From assembly GCA_016181895.1 (NCBI GenBank), contig JACOYL010000009.1, positions 3,346 to 67,345 on the forward strand: a stretch of DNA of 64,000 nt, written 5' to 3'. Below the pieces are notes generated by a model. It had not been told where the DNA came from. It saw only the letters and a list, made by a program, of their open reading frames with translations, and ran no database searches. The position numbers were made by a program, and so were the translations under genes. Shown piece after piece: positions 26,600 to 35,366 of this stretch (position 1 is the stretch's first letter; each line of letters opens with the position of its first letter). The stretch comes from Candidatus Pacearchaeota archaeon. Its GTDB lineage: Archaea > Nanobdellota > Nanobdellia > Pacearchaeales > GW2011-AR1.

Positions 26600-28486
26600 A
26601 TGGACATCTTAAAGACAATAACAGAAAGGTTTGAGAAAAAAATAAAAGAAGCGAGCTTCGAAGGCGCGAACATTGTTCTCTATACGGACAACGAGAGGTT
26701 TTTCATTGAAGGGGAACCGGAGATAAAAAAAATCGTCAACGAGATAAAAAAAAGAATTGAACTTCGTGCCGATGAAAGCATTCTTCACTCTCAGGATGCG
26801 GCGGAAAAGGAAATAAGAAAAATCGTTCCCGATGAGGCTGAAATAACAAACATAATTTTCGAGTCTCAAAGAAGCATTGTTATAATTGAAGCAAAAAAAC
26901 CAGGATTGGTAATTGGAAAACAGGGAAGCATTTTGGACGAAATAAAAAAAACAACTCTTTGGAATCCGCAGGTTCAGAGAAGCCCGGGCATAAAAAGCAA
27001 GATTGTCGAGAATATAAGGGAAGTTTTGTATGCAAACAACAACTACAGGAGAAAATTCCTGAACTCAATCGGGAAAAAAATTTACAACGAGTGGAATCCG
27101 GAAAAAACAGATGAATGGGTCAGGCTTACTTTTCTTGGAAGCGCGAGGCAGGTTGGAAGAAGCTGCCTGCTTTTGCAGACGCCGAATTCAAAAATTCTTC
27201 TTGACTGCGGGATTGATGTCTCGGCCCAAGGCGAGGACAAGTTCCCGTATTTCAACATTCCCGAATTTGATCTAAACCAATTGGATGCGATAATTTTGAG
27301 CCACGCCCACATTGATCACTCGGGATTTGTTCCTTATCTTTACAAGATGGGATACAAAGGCCCGATATACATGACAGCTCCTACAAGAGACATATCTGCT
27401 TTGCTCGCATTGGATTTCATAGGCGTTGCATACAAACAGGCTGAGAAACCTCTTTTCAGTTCCTCAGACATAAGCGAAATGGTGAAGCACAGCATCTGCA
27501 TCAATTACAACGAAGTTACCGACGTGACTCCGGACATAAGACTGACTTTCTACAATGCGGGGCATGTTCTCGGAAGCGCGATGGCGCATTTGAACATTGG
27601 AAACGGCTCGCACAATTTGCTTTATACCGGAGACTACAAATACGGAAGAACAAGGCTTCTGGATCCTGCTATTACAAATTTCCCAAGGCTTGAATCGGTT
27701 ATAACAGAATCAACATACGGCGCAAAGACAGATGTTCTTCCTCCAAGAATAGAGGCAGAGGAAAAATTGATTGAATTAATCAACAAGACAATTGAAAGGG
27801 GCGGTAAAGTTTTGATTCCAGAGCTTGGGCTCGGTCGTGCTCAAGAGACAATGATGATTGTCGAGGATGCAATAAAAACAGGAAAGATGAAAAAAATTCC
27901 TGTTTATATCGACGGAATGATTTGGGACATCAATGCAATTCACACGGCTTATCCTGATTTTTTGAGCAACAGTTTGAAATCATTGACATTCGCGGATAAA
28001 AACCCATTTGTTTCAGAGATTTTTTCCCGTGTCGGTTCTGTTTTGGAAAGAAAAAAAGTTTATGAAGGAGGTCCCTGCCTTGTTCTCGCGACTTCTGGAA
28101 TGCTTACCGGTGGAGCTTCGGTTGAATATCTCCGCGAGTTTGCATCTTCGCCAAAAAATTCTCTTATTTTTGTTTGTTATCAAGGCCATGGTTCATTGGG
28201 AAGGCAGATTCAGGACGGATTGAAGGAAACAAAAATGATTGTCGAAGGAAAAGAGGAATTTGTGAAAATAAATCTCGAAGTCCACAATACTGTCTATGGA
28301 TTGACGGCGCACGCGGGAAGAAATGAAATCATGTCTTTCTTCTCAAGGATTTCGCCGAAGCCGAAAAGAATAATAATAAATCACGGAGAAGTTTCAAAAT
28401 CTCTCGACCTTGCTTCTTCATTGTACAAACTGCACAGGATTGAAACAAATGTTCCTAGGATTTTGGAAACTTTGAAGTTGAGATAA
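26600..28486 (+). CDS. fttA: aCPSF1/FttA: KH + beta-CASP ribonuclease (transcription termination factor)
   Basis: 628 aa. N-terminal KH region ('GLVIGKQGS'), 'ILSHAHIDHSGFVPYL', beta-CASP C-terminal motifs. Confidence 0.9.
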   Translation: MDILKTITERFEKKIKEASFEGANIVLYTDNERFFIEGEPEIKKIVNEIKKRIELRADESILHSQDAAEKEIRKIVPDEAEITNIIFESQRSIVIIEAKKPGLVIGKQGSILDEIKKTTLWNPQVQRSPGIKSKIVENIREVLYANNNYRRKFLNSIGKKIYNEWNPEKTDEWVRLTFLGSARQVGRSCLLLQTPNSKILLDCGIDVSAQGEDKFPYFNIPEFDLNQLDAIILSHAHIDHSGFVPYLYKMGYKGPIYMTAPTRDISALLALDFIGVAYKQAEKPLFSSSDISEMVKHSICINYNEVTDVTPDIRLTFYNAGHVLGSAMAHLNIGNGSHNLLYTGDYKYGRTRLLDPAITNFPRLESVITESTYGAKTDVLPPRIEAEEKLIELINKTIERGGKVLIPELGLGRAQETMMIVEDAIKTGKMKKIPVYIDGMIWDINAIHTAYPDFLSNSLKSLTFADKNPFVSEIFSRVGSVLERKKVYEGGPCLVLATSGMLTGGASVEYLREFASSPKNSLIFVCYQGHGSLGRQIQDGLKETKMIVEGKEEFVKINLEVHNTVYGLTAHAGRNEIMSFFSRISPKPKRIIINHGEVSKSLDLASSLYKLHRIETNVPRILETLKLR

Positions 28487-28519
28487 AAACTTTAAAAACT
28501 TCTTTTCCATTTTTCACTT

Positions 28520-28714
28520 ATGAAAAGATATGTCAGGAAAATTCTTAACACTCTCTTAATTGCCTTTGCAATCGTCGCCTTCTGGCGCGGAATTTGGGGT
28601 TTGATGGATTTGTACCTGTTTCCGAATTATGAAATTTTGAGTTATTTTGTTTCAATTTTAATCGGAATAGTGATACTTTATTACACTGAAAATCTTTTGG
28701 AGGGTTTGATATGA
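28520..28714 (+). CDS. Small membrane protein
   Basis: 64 aa with two hydrophobic helices. Confidence 0.35.
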   Translation: MKRYVRKILNTLLIAFAIVAFWRGIWGLMDLYLFPNYEILSYFVSILIGIVILYYTENLLEGLI

Positions 28715-28772
28715 TTTCATTAATAGTTGAGGGATTCACAATATTAGGGAAAAGTTCGCGGAGGTTTTTACT

Positions 28773-29756
28773 ATGAAGCACAACTTAAAAATCACAGTCA
28801 TTCTTCTTGCGATGTTCATAATAACGCAGTTAATCGGAATTTATGTCGTGAATTTTTATTCCCCGACAAAAATAATCGGGGGGCAAATAACAAATGTTTC
28901 CGCTCCTGAACTTCCTTTTGGATTGGAAACTCCTGAATTAAAAGAAAAAAGCGAGTTCAATTACGCATTTGTTTCAATTATCATCGCATTCATGATTGCA
29001 ATTTCCCTGCTTTTGTTTCTCACAAGATTGAATGCTGAATTTTTCCTGAGATTGTGGTTTTTTCTTGTGATAATAATCTCGCTTGTGATTGCATTCAATG
29101 TTTTTGCATACCAGATTGGATTGTTTTCTTACGAAATTAGTTTCTTGTCATGGACGTTTCCGATTTCATGGCTTCTTGCCCTTGCGATTTCCCTGCCGTT
29201 GGCTTACATAAAAATTTACAAGCGGGATTTTTTGGTTCACAATTTTACAGAACTTCTTATTTATCCAGGAATAGCGGCTGTTTTTGTCCCGATTTTAAAT
29301 ATTTACACGATATCTTTGTTGCTGATTTTGATTTCCCTTTATGATGCATGGGCTGTCTGGCATTCGGGAATAATGCAAAAAATGGCGAAATACCAGATAA
29401 ATCAATTGAACATTTTTTCCGGTTTCTTTGTCCCTTATGTTTCAAAGAAAGTGAAAATGCAGATGATGAAAATGAAAAGCTCGTCGAATTCAATGAAGTC
29501 GAAATCAAAATTAAAAAAGAAAATGAAAGTCAACATCGCAATTCTCGGCGGCGGCGATGTTGTGTTTCCCATAATCACCGCGGGAGTCATGCTAAAAACT
29601 CTTGGGCTTTTTCCCGCGTTGCTTGTGATTCTCGGCGCGGTTTTCGGCTTGGGTTATTTGTTTTTCTTCGCCGAAAAAAAGAAATTCTATCCCGCGATGC
29701 CTTTCATAACCGCGGGAATCTTTGTAGGAATTTTAGCGGGTTATTTGCTTTTTTGA
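28773..29756 (+). CDS. Presenilin/signal-peptide-peptidase-like intramembrane aspartyl protease (A22 family)
   Basis: Polytopic protein. 'SLYDAWAV' (YD), a K-rich loop, 'LGGGDVVFP' (GxGD) and 'FPALLVIL' (PAL) in the canonical order. Confidence 0.75.
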   Translation: MKHNLKITVILLAMFIITQLIGIYVVNFYSPTKIIGGQITNVSAPELPFGLETPELKEKSEFNYAFVSIIIAFMIAISLLLFLTRLNAEFFLRLWFFLVIIISLVIAFNVFAYQIGLFSYEISFLSWTFPISWLLALAISLPLAYIKIYKRDFLVHNFTELLIYPGIAAVFVPILNIYTISLLLILISLYDAWAVWHSGIMQKMAKYQINQLNIFSGFFVPYVSKKVKMQMMKMKSSSNSMKSKSKLKKKMKVNIAILGGGDVVFPIITAGVMLKTLGLFPALLVILGAVFGLGYLFFFAEKKKFYPAMPFITAGIFVGILAGYLLF

Positions 29757-30092
29757 TTTCTTTCTTTCATCTTTCAATTTTCTAGCTTCTTTTCTGTTAT
29801 TAAATTCAAAAAATCTTTCCAAATTTTCTTTTGTTATCGGCTCTACGACTGAAATATCAGAAACTCTTATCGTGGAATCATCATATATCAATTTTCTTAT
29901 CAACCCTTTTTTCACATCCCATTCTCCACCTTGAAAAGGATTTAGAATTATATACCCTTCTTTTATGGAATTAACTTGCCCTGAAAAATTTGTTTGCTGA
30001 CCTTGAACATAAATTATTACATATCTCCCGATGTATTTGTCATAAGTTCTTTCTTTAATTTCTTCTCTCCCAAAACCTGCTTGTTTTTTCAT
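29733..30092 (-). CDS. Hypothetical protein (possibly Sm-fold)
   Basis: 119 aa. 'YIGRYVIIYVQGQQTNFSGQVNSIKEGYIILNP' is weakly Sm-like. Confidence 0.35.
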   Translation of the reverse strand: MKKQAGFGREEIKERTYDKYIGRYVIIYVQGQQTNFSGQVNSIKEGYIILNPFQGGEWDVKKGLIRKLIYDDSTIRVSDISVVEPITKENLERFFEFNNRKEARKLKDERKKSKKQITR

Positions 30093-30164
30093 AAATTCAT
30101 TTCAATAAATTCCTATTTAAATCTTGCCTTTTGTTACTTTTTTGAAGTGGGAACAAAACATAAG

Positions 30165-30174
30165 CTTTATAAAA
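30165..30174 (+). promoter_or_regulatory. TATA box for the TrmB-family gene
   Basis: 'ctttataaaa' ~25 nt upstream of the ATG at 30195. Argues against the longer 29994 start. Confidence 0.45.
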
Positions 30175-30194
30175 CCCCTAAGTTTTGGGATTTT

Positions 30195-30968
30195 ATGATA
30201 GTGAAACAGGAACTTGTTAACAGAATAAAGGACTATTTCGGCTTGAACATTTACGAGACAAAAGTCTGGCTCGCGCTTTTGAAGAAAGGAATCGCTTCTG
30301 CTGGCGAGGTGGCCGAATCTTCCGGAATTCCGAGAAGCAGGACTTATGATGTTCTTGAAAGCCTTGAGAAAATGGGGTTCGCAATGGCAAAATTGGACAA
30401 GCCTGTGAAATACATAGGAGTGAAACCGAGAATCATTCTTGAAAAACTGAAGAACAACGTGAAAAAAGAGGCAAGCGAAAGGATAGTTGAATTGTCAAGA
30501 GTCAAAAATTCCGACGAATACACGAAGCTCGAGGAACTTTACAACGAGGGAATGAGCCCCATGAAAAAAGAAGAACTTTCCCTTGCATTAAAGGGCAAGA
30601 TGAACATCTCAAATCATATAAAAGAATTAATATTGAATGCAAAAGAGGAAGTCATAATCTGCACGAATGCCGATGAATTGGCTTCAAAATTTAAATTATT
30701 CAAGCAAACTCTCGATATTTTGAAAAAATCAAACGTGAAAGTCAGCATTGCTCTTTCGGGAGATGAAAAAATGATAAAGCAGCTTTCAGAAAAACTTAAT
30801 GTCAAAATAAAAAAGATAAATTTGAATTCAAAATTCTTCATCGTTGACGGGAAGGAAATGCTTTTCTACATATCAAAAAATTCCGATGAGGATTCCGCAA
30901 TCTGGCTTAACTCGGAATTTTTCTCAAAATCATTCGCGGAATTGTTTGAAAAGGCGGTGAGGAATTGA
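30195..30968 (+). CDS. TrmB-family transcriptional regulator
   Basis: 'LNIYETKVWLALLKKGIASAGEVAESSGIPRSRTYDVLESLEKMGF' winged HTH. Start reassigned to 'MIVKQ'. Confidence 0.8.
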   Translation: MIVKQELVNRIKDYFGLNIYETKVWLALLKKGIASAGEVAESSGIPRSRTYDVLESLEKMGFAMAKLDKPVKYIGVKPRIILEKLKNNVKKEASERIVELSRVKNSDEYTKLEELYNEGMSPMKKEELSLALKGKMNISNHIKELILNAKEEVIICTNADELASKFKLFKQTLDILKKSNVKVSIALSGDEKMIKQLSEKLNVKIKKINLNSKFFIVDGKEMLFYISKNSDEDSAIWLNSEFFSKSFAELFEKAVRN

Positions 30969-30969
30969 G

Positions 30970-31341
30970 ATGAAACTTGAAGATGAAGCAAGATTTATGT
31001 CAAATGAAAAATTGGAAACTGAAATATCAGATTTAAGAGGAATTTTGACTGACCTAAAAAAAACATTTAAACGATTTGTTATTGGGGCGTATATAGGGAC
31101 ACCTGTTATAGCATTAGCAACTTATCTTTATGGTTCTTACACTAAGTCTTCATTTACAGAGTTAGATACAATAGCATTTTCAGCAATGAATCTTGGACTT
31201 TTTGCTCATCTTTTGATAGGAACATCTCATGCAATCAGATCAAGAGAAAATCGTTATAATATTTTACAATCAGAATACAATTCCCGACTTGAAAGAGGAA
31301 TTATCCAAGAATCTTCATCCCCACCACACCCATCTCCCTGA
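30970..31341 (+). CDS. Hypothetical membrane protein
   Basis: 123 aa with two TM-like segments. Its 3' end overlaps the convergent cca gene. Confidence 0.4.
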   Translation: MKLEDEARFMSNEKLETEISDLRGILTDLKKTFKRFVIGAYIGTPVIALATYLYGSYTKSSFTELDTIAFSAMNLGLFAHLLIGTSHAIRSRENRYNILQSEYNSRLERGIIQESSSPPHPSP

Positions 31342-32569
31342 TTTTTCCCCTGTTTTTTCTTTCCCAATCTTTCAAAAATTCCTTCAAATCAAAATTAATT
31401 TTTTCCCTTGCATAAACTTTTCCCGACTTGTAAAATATGTTCTTGTGTTTCTTTCTGAAATCTCTGACGTTTTCTTCCTGTTTTATCAAAGGACCTGAAA
31501 GAATTACCTCTTTTTTTCTTTTCGCGGCAAAAAAATATCTCGCGCTTTTTCCTTTCTTGTATTCAAATCCTCTCGCCTTTACTTCAAAAAACCTGTCGAT
31601 TTCGCTTGTAAGATGATTGTAAAACTTCAGCAATTTTGCGCCCGCGATGTCTCCTTCCTGCCTGTCTGTCATTGCATTCAAAACAACAAAATCAAATTTT
31701 TTCTTTTTGGCTTGTGCTTTGATTTTGTCCAGATTTAAAACCCTCGGTTCAAAAAACTTCCCGCTTGGATTTCTCAGGAATTCAGAGCAGGCTTTCTTGA
31801 ATTTCTCAAAAGTTTCATTTGACAAGGCAGCCAATGCATTTCTGCTCTTGAATGTAGGATCAACAAGGATTATTGGAGAATGAAGTTTCGACTCGTTCAA
31901 ATCCATGAAAACATCGTTCTTGTTTTTGAAATGCTTTTCAATGTCTATCACTTCCTTGACTCTGATTTTTTCAAAAGCCTTTATGAATTTCAAAAAACTT
32001 CCGTAATGATAAACAAGCAATTCTATCGCATATCCCGAGAAACCGCGGACATAAGACTCCGCGCCGTAACATCCGTTTGCGTGGCAGAACGCCTTTGCCA
32101 GTTTTATCTCGTCGAGAATTTTCGGATTTTTTATTCTTTTTTTTATGTAATTCACATGGCTGTATGACAAATCCATGACGTTCTCGGCTTTTCTCGGGTT
32201 GTTTATTTTTAAAACCGGAACTATTTCAATGAAAAAATGCCCTTTGTCAATTATGAAATAATTCCTCGAGCCCTTTACTTCTTTTTTCCTGAAATTTCCC
32301 AGAATCTTTCTTGTTAATTCTGAAATGTTTTCGTGTTTTTTGTCGAATCTTATGAAGACGTCTATGTCGTAAACGTCTTTTTTTATCATTGTTTTCTTGG
32401 CAAAACTCCCGCCGATGAAAACATCTGCCTTTATTTTCAGTTCCTTAATTTTTTTCCCGATTTTTTTCCTGAAATTATCAATTATGCATTTTATGAGATA
32501 AGCCTCTTCTTTCGACGGGTTTATCTTTTCAAAAACGATTTTCAAAATTTCGCCGATTCTTTTTGTCAT
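31301..32569 (-). CDS. cca: CCA-adding enzyme (archaeal class I tRNA nucleotidyltransferase)
   Basis: 'VFIGGSFAKKTMIKKDVYDIDVFIRF' NTase motif. 422 aa. Consistent with the tRNA lacking an encoded CCA. Confidence 0.85.
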   Translation of the reverse strand: MTKRIGEILKIVFEKINPSKEEAYLIKCIIDNFRKKIGKKIKELKIKADVFIGGSFAKKTMIKKDVYDIDVFIRFDKKHENISELTRKILGNFRKKEVKGSRNYFIIDKGHFFIEIVPVLKINNPRKAENVMDLSYSHVNYIKKRIKNPKILDEIKLAKAFCHANGCYGAESYVRGFSGYAIELLVYHYGSFLKFIKAFEKIRVKEVIDIEKHFKNKNDVFMDLNESKLHSPIILVDPTFKSRNALAALSNETFEKFKKACSEFLRNPSGKFFEPRVLNLDKIKAQAKKKKFDFVVLNAMTDRQEGDIAGAKLLKFYNHLTSEIDRFFEVKARGFEYKKGKSARYFFAAKRKKEVILSGPLIKQEENVRDFRKKHKNIFYKSGKVYAREKINFDLKEFLKDWERKNRGKIREMGVVGMKILG

Positions 32570-32624
32570 TTCCAGAATAACGCAACCGCACTTATAAAAT
32601 TAATCTAATCTTTTGCTTTGTTTA

Positions 32625-32820
32625 AAAATTGACTCACTCCTTCGTCGTTCGCATATTAATAATGTTAATACGAAAACATTTAATTTTTCGTGTTTCGCGT
32701 CTCGTTGCGATGCCTATGCAATGGCACGTAATCGCTGCTTTTATTACTCCATGCCTCGCGATGCGTATGCGTAATCGCTTTTAAACAGCGACTACTTGTT
32801 AAACAAAGCCTCGGCAGAAT
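32625..32820. mobile_element. MITE-like repeat, full copy (196 bp) with 11-bp terminal inverted repeats GCTTTGTTTAA
   Basis: Left end 'gctttgtttaa', right end 'ttaaacaaagc'. Internal blocks are collinear, in reverse orientation, with 39624-39833 and 62908-63094. Shares a 25-nt exact match (32767-32791) with 42911-42935. Confidence 0.6.
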
Positions 32821-32824
32821 TGTT

Positions 32825-33220
32825 TCAGTCTTCCCCTCTTATTCCCGACTTGTCCGTCTTCATCATCGTCAAATCTATTATGTACTTTCCCTCGCTTACC
32901 TTGAATATTATCGGCCTGTCTTTTCCAAAAAGATTCACGACGTCGATTTCATATTTGCCCGGGCTTATTACTCTTACCGATTCAATGTCGAGGATCACGG
33001 GAACCATTTCATCCTCCATGTTTGCCATTTCCCTTATGTCCTTCTCGATTTTTTCTTTTTCCTTTTGCGGCAGTTCAATGGGATTTTCCCTGGCTTTTTT
33101 CAATTGCTCGTCCCTTATGTAAAAAAAGAAATGCCCGCCGCATTCGCCGCATCCGTCTAATATTTCCCTGCTTCCCGCGGGATATATTTTTCCACAGTGC
33201 ACGCATTGATGGCTACCCAT
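32825..33220 (-). CDS. Zn-ribbon protein (DUF2072/COG3364-like)
   Basis: 'CVHCGKIY...CGECGG' double CxxC at the N-terminus. Operon context with DUF2073 and the GTPase. Confidence 0.55.
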   Translation of the reverse strand: MGSHQCVHCGKIYPAGSREILDGCGECGGHFFFYIRDEQLKKARENPIELPQKEKEKIEKDIREMANMEDEMVPVILDIESVRVISPGKYEIDVVNLFGKDRPIIFKVSEGKYIIDLTMMKTDKSGIRGED

Positions 33221-33408
33221 TATCTGACCAATCCCTCCCCCAAATTTTTGTTCACAAAGTTATTATCTATTAATATTTTTCCACTTTTTCTTCTGTTATC
33301 TTCCCTTGTTAACCATTGTAAATTTTTTGGAGAAAATGCTTTTTTAATTTCATCTTTAGATTTAGCGTTAATATTTTTTCCGCAATACTCGCATTTTTTG
33401 AATGTCAT
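33220..33408 (-). CDS. Degenerate HNH-nuclease-like small ORF
   Basis: 'CEYCGKNI...NLQWLTREDNRRKSGK' resembles the C-terminal half of an HNH motif. No DH/His half is present. Confidence 0.35.
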   Translation of the reverse strand: MTFKKCEYCGKNINAKSKDEIKKAFSPKNLQWLTREDNRRKSGKILIDNNFVNKNLGEGLVR

Positions 33409-33493
33409 TTATATTAATGGAATTTTGAAATTATATAAAGTTTCTTGTGATATATAATATAATAATGTTTATATATGGATTGGTTTCTGAGGA

Positions 33494-33835
33494 ATGATGA
33501 AATTTAATTTACTATTGCTTTTAACAGGGGCATTTACATTAGGAACTCTGGTGGGGGCATCGGCTTTAGTAAATATCTTTTATTTTAATTCAACCGATAA
33601 AAATTTTCTTGATAGATTATATTTTGGAAGAGAATACATTTGCGCGATAAATTCAGAGCCAACTGCCGAAGAAATAACAAAATCAATCAGGTTGTTGGAA
33701 TCGGCATGGGAAAAACATTATCGGGATTACAAACCGGATTTGTTCGGAAATCTTTTTTCTACTGGATTAAATACTCGCGTGGATTTAACCTGCAGAAAAA
33801 TTGAAGATGCAGAACAAAAAGAAACTACCTATTGA
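33494..33835 (+). CDS. Hypothetical secreted or membrane protein
   Basis: N-terminal hydrophobic 'MMKFNLLLLLTGAFTLGTLVGASA'. Confidence 0.4.
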   Translation: MMKFNLLLLLTGAFTLGTLVGASALVNIFYFNSTDKNFLDRLYFGREYICAINSEPTAEEITKSIRLLESAWEKHYRDYKPDLFGNLFSTGLNTRVDLTCRKIEDAEQKETTY

Positions 33836-34220
33836 GCAGCAGTTCAATCTTTTTCGGATTTCTTTTTATCTCTTTTACAATTGTCGCGGGTCCTATGATT
33901 GTTATCGCCCCCAAATCCCTTCCTGAAAGCGCGTTGACAATTCCCATCCTGAATTTTCCGATGGGATTCTCGCTGCCGTTTCCGGAAATCACGGCAAGCT
34001 CGACGCCCTTGAAATCCCTTACATGCCCTATCATCGCCATCGTGTCTTCAATCAATCTTGTTTCTTCCTCCGGTTTCAGCCTTCCCTGAAGTATCAAAAT
34101 GCTGTTTCCCAAAATGACATCGAGGATTTTTCTTATTCTTTTTGTCGAATCCAATCCTGAAATCTCCGAATAAGGCATGAAGTTTATCGTGAATCCTCTT
34201 ATCTTCCCCTTCTTTTTCAT
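33825..34220 (-). CDS. DUF2073/COG3365-like conserved archaeal protein
   Basis: 'ILILQGRLKPEEETRLIEDTMAMIG...FKGVEL' matches my recollection of the DUF2073 core. Confidence 0.55.
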   Translation of the reverse strand: MKKKGKIRGFTINFMPYSEISGLDSTKRIRKILDVILGNSILILQGRLKPEEETRLIEDTMAMIGHVRDFKGVELAVISGNGSENPIGKFRMGIVNALSGRDLGAITIIGPATIVKEIKRNPKKIELLLNR

Positions 34221-34228
34221 TTTATATT

Positions 34229-34492
34229 TTAATTAATTATCTGTTCCCTCTTTACTATTTGTATTTCACCCCCCTTTTCAATTACAGGGGGCTGATGAAG
34301 GCATATGTAAACTAAATTATCTTCTTCTTTAAGCAAACTAACTTTTATTCTGTCTTGGTTGATAAGCGGCAGGGGATAAAATCCTTCAATAATTTCCCCC
34401 CTATAATTTTCAAATGAAAAACTTCTTTCATTGCTGAACATTCCTTTTCCCAAATCGCATTTCAAATAAACTTCGGTTAATTTGTTTCCCAT
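34229..34492 (-). CDS. Hypothetical protein (87 aa from Met29)
   Basis: ORF 34229-34576. The internal Met at 34492 lies 4 nt after the GTPase stop codon. Confidence 0.4.
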   Translation of the reverse strand: MGNKLTEVYLKCDLGKGMFSNERSFSFENYRGEIIEGFYPLPLINQDRIKVSLLKEEDNLVYICLHQPPVIEKGGEIQIVKREQIIN

Positions 34493-34496
34493 TTTC

Positions 34497-35138
34497 CTAG
34501 ACTTTTTTTGCCAGTTTAAACAATGACTCGTAAAATTCCTCGAGATTTTTTCCGTATCTGGCGCTGATTCCGACAACCTCGTATTCCGGAAACGCAGCCT
34601 CGATTCTTTTCACGTCGGCTTTTCTCAAGTCAACTTTATTCGCCACCACTAAAACGGGAATCTTTCTTGCCGCGAGATTCCCTATAATTGTAATATTAAC
34701 TTGGTTATAAGGGTTTTCGGTGGCGTCCAAAACCACGACGACAACATCCATGTCGTCGAGCCATTTTATCGCCTCAATTACTCCCTGCGTGGCTTCCTTT
34801 GCTCTTTTCTTTGAATCCGCTTTTTTCATTTTGTATTTCATGAAATCCTCGTAGTCTATTTTTGTCGCGATTCCCGGGGTGTCAATCATCTTGAAAGTCA
34901 TTTTTTTTCCGTTGTATATTATTTCAACCTGCTCTTTGAACTGCACGTTTCTTGTTTCATGCGGAATTTTGCTCACGGTTCCTATTTCCTCTCCTGTAAA
35001 ATCCTTGCAAATTCTGTTTGCCAGCGAGGTTTTACCGGCATTCGGCGGCCCGTAGAAGCCGAGCTTTATGTTTCTTTTTCCCTTGAATATATTGGAAAGG
35101 ATTCTTCTGAAGAAATTCGCCATGATTTTAATTGCCAT
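34497..35138 (-). CDS. Small GTP-binding protein (COG2229-like)
   Basis: G1 'GPPNAGKTS', G3 'DTPG', G4 'NKVD'. Confidence 0.8.
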   Translation of the reverse strand: MAIKIMANFFRRILSNIFKGKRNIKLGFYGPPNAGKTSLANRICKDFTGEEIGTVSKIPHETRNVQFKEQVEIIYNGKKMTFKMIDTPGIATKIDYEDFMKYKMKKADSKKRAKEATQGVIEAIKWLDDMDVVVVVLDATENPYNQVNITIIGNLAARKIPVLVVANKVDLRKADVKRIEAAFPEYEVVGISARYGKNLEEFYESLFKLAKKV

Positions 35139-35163
35139 GTAAAAACCTCCTGCGGGTTTTTAC
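35139..35163 (-). promoter_or_regulatory. Perfect 9-bp stem / 7-nt loop hairpin abutting the GTPase start codon, containing the SD-like AGGAGG
   Basis: Plus strand 'gtaaaaacc tcctgcg ggtttttac'. On the mRNA strand GTAAAAACC-CGCAGGA-GGTTTTTAC is followed directly by ATG. Confidence 0.4.
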
Positions 35164-35366
35164 GAATCCAGCAACCATTTTATTTTTCATTTGTTGTAAA
35201 TTTTCTGCTTCGCAGAATTTAATTTGCGCAAGTTAATAGGAAAGCCTCTTTTATCATCTGATAATTTATTGTATGAGGATTTATTTGTTAACATCTTAAT
35301 TCGGATATTTTACATATTTTTATTTTCATTTTTTTCTTGTTTTTCTAAAATGCATAAATCCCTTTA

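Noticed and set aside
28773-29756. Reading this polytopic GxGD protein as the missing prepilin peptidase.
   Set aside because: The YD...GxGD...PAL order and the long basic loop fit presenilin/SPP (A22) rather than A24 peptidases. The question is kept open only as a hypothesis in the findings.
29994-30194. N-terminal 67 codons of track ORF 29994-30968.
   Set aside because: This stretch is antisense to the 29733-30092 ORF, hydrophobic low-complexity, and contains the TATA box at 30165. TrmB homology starts at 30195.
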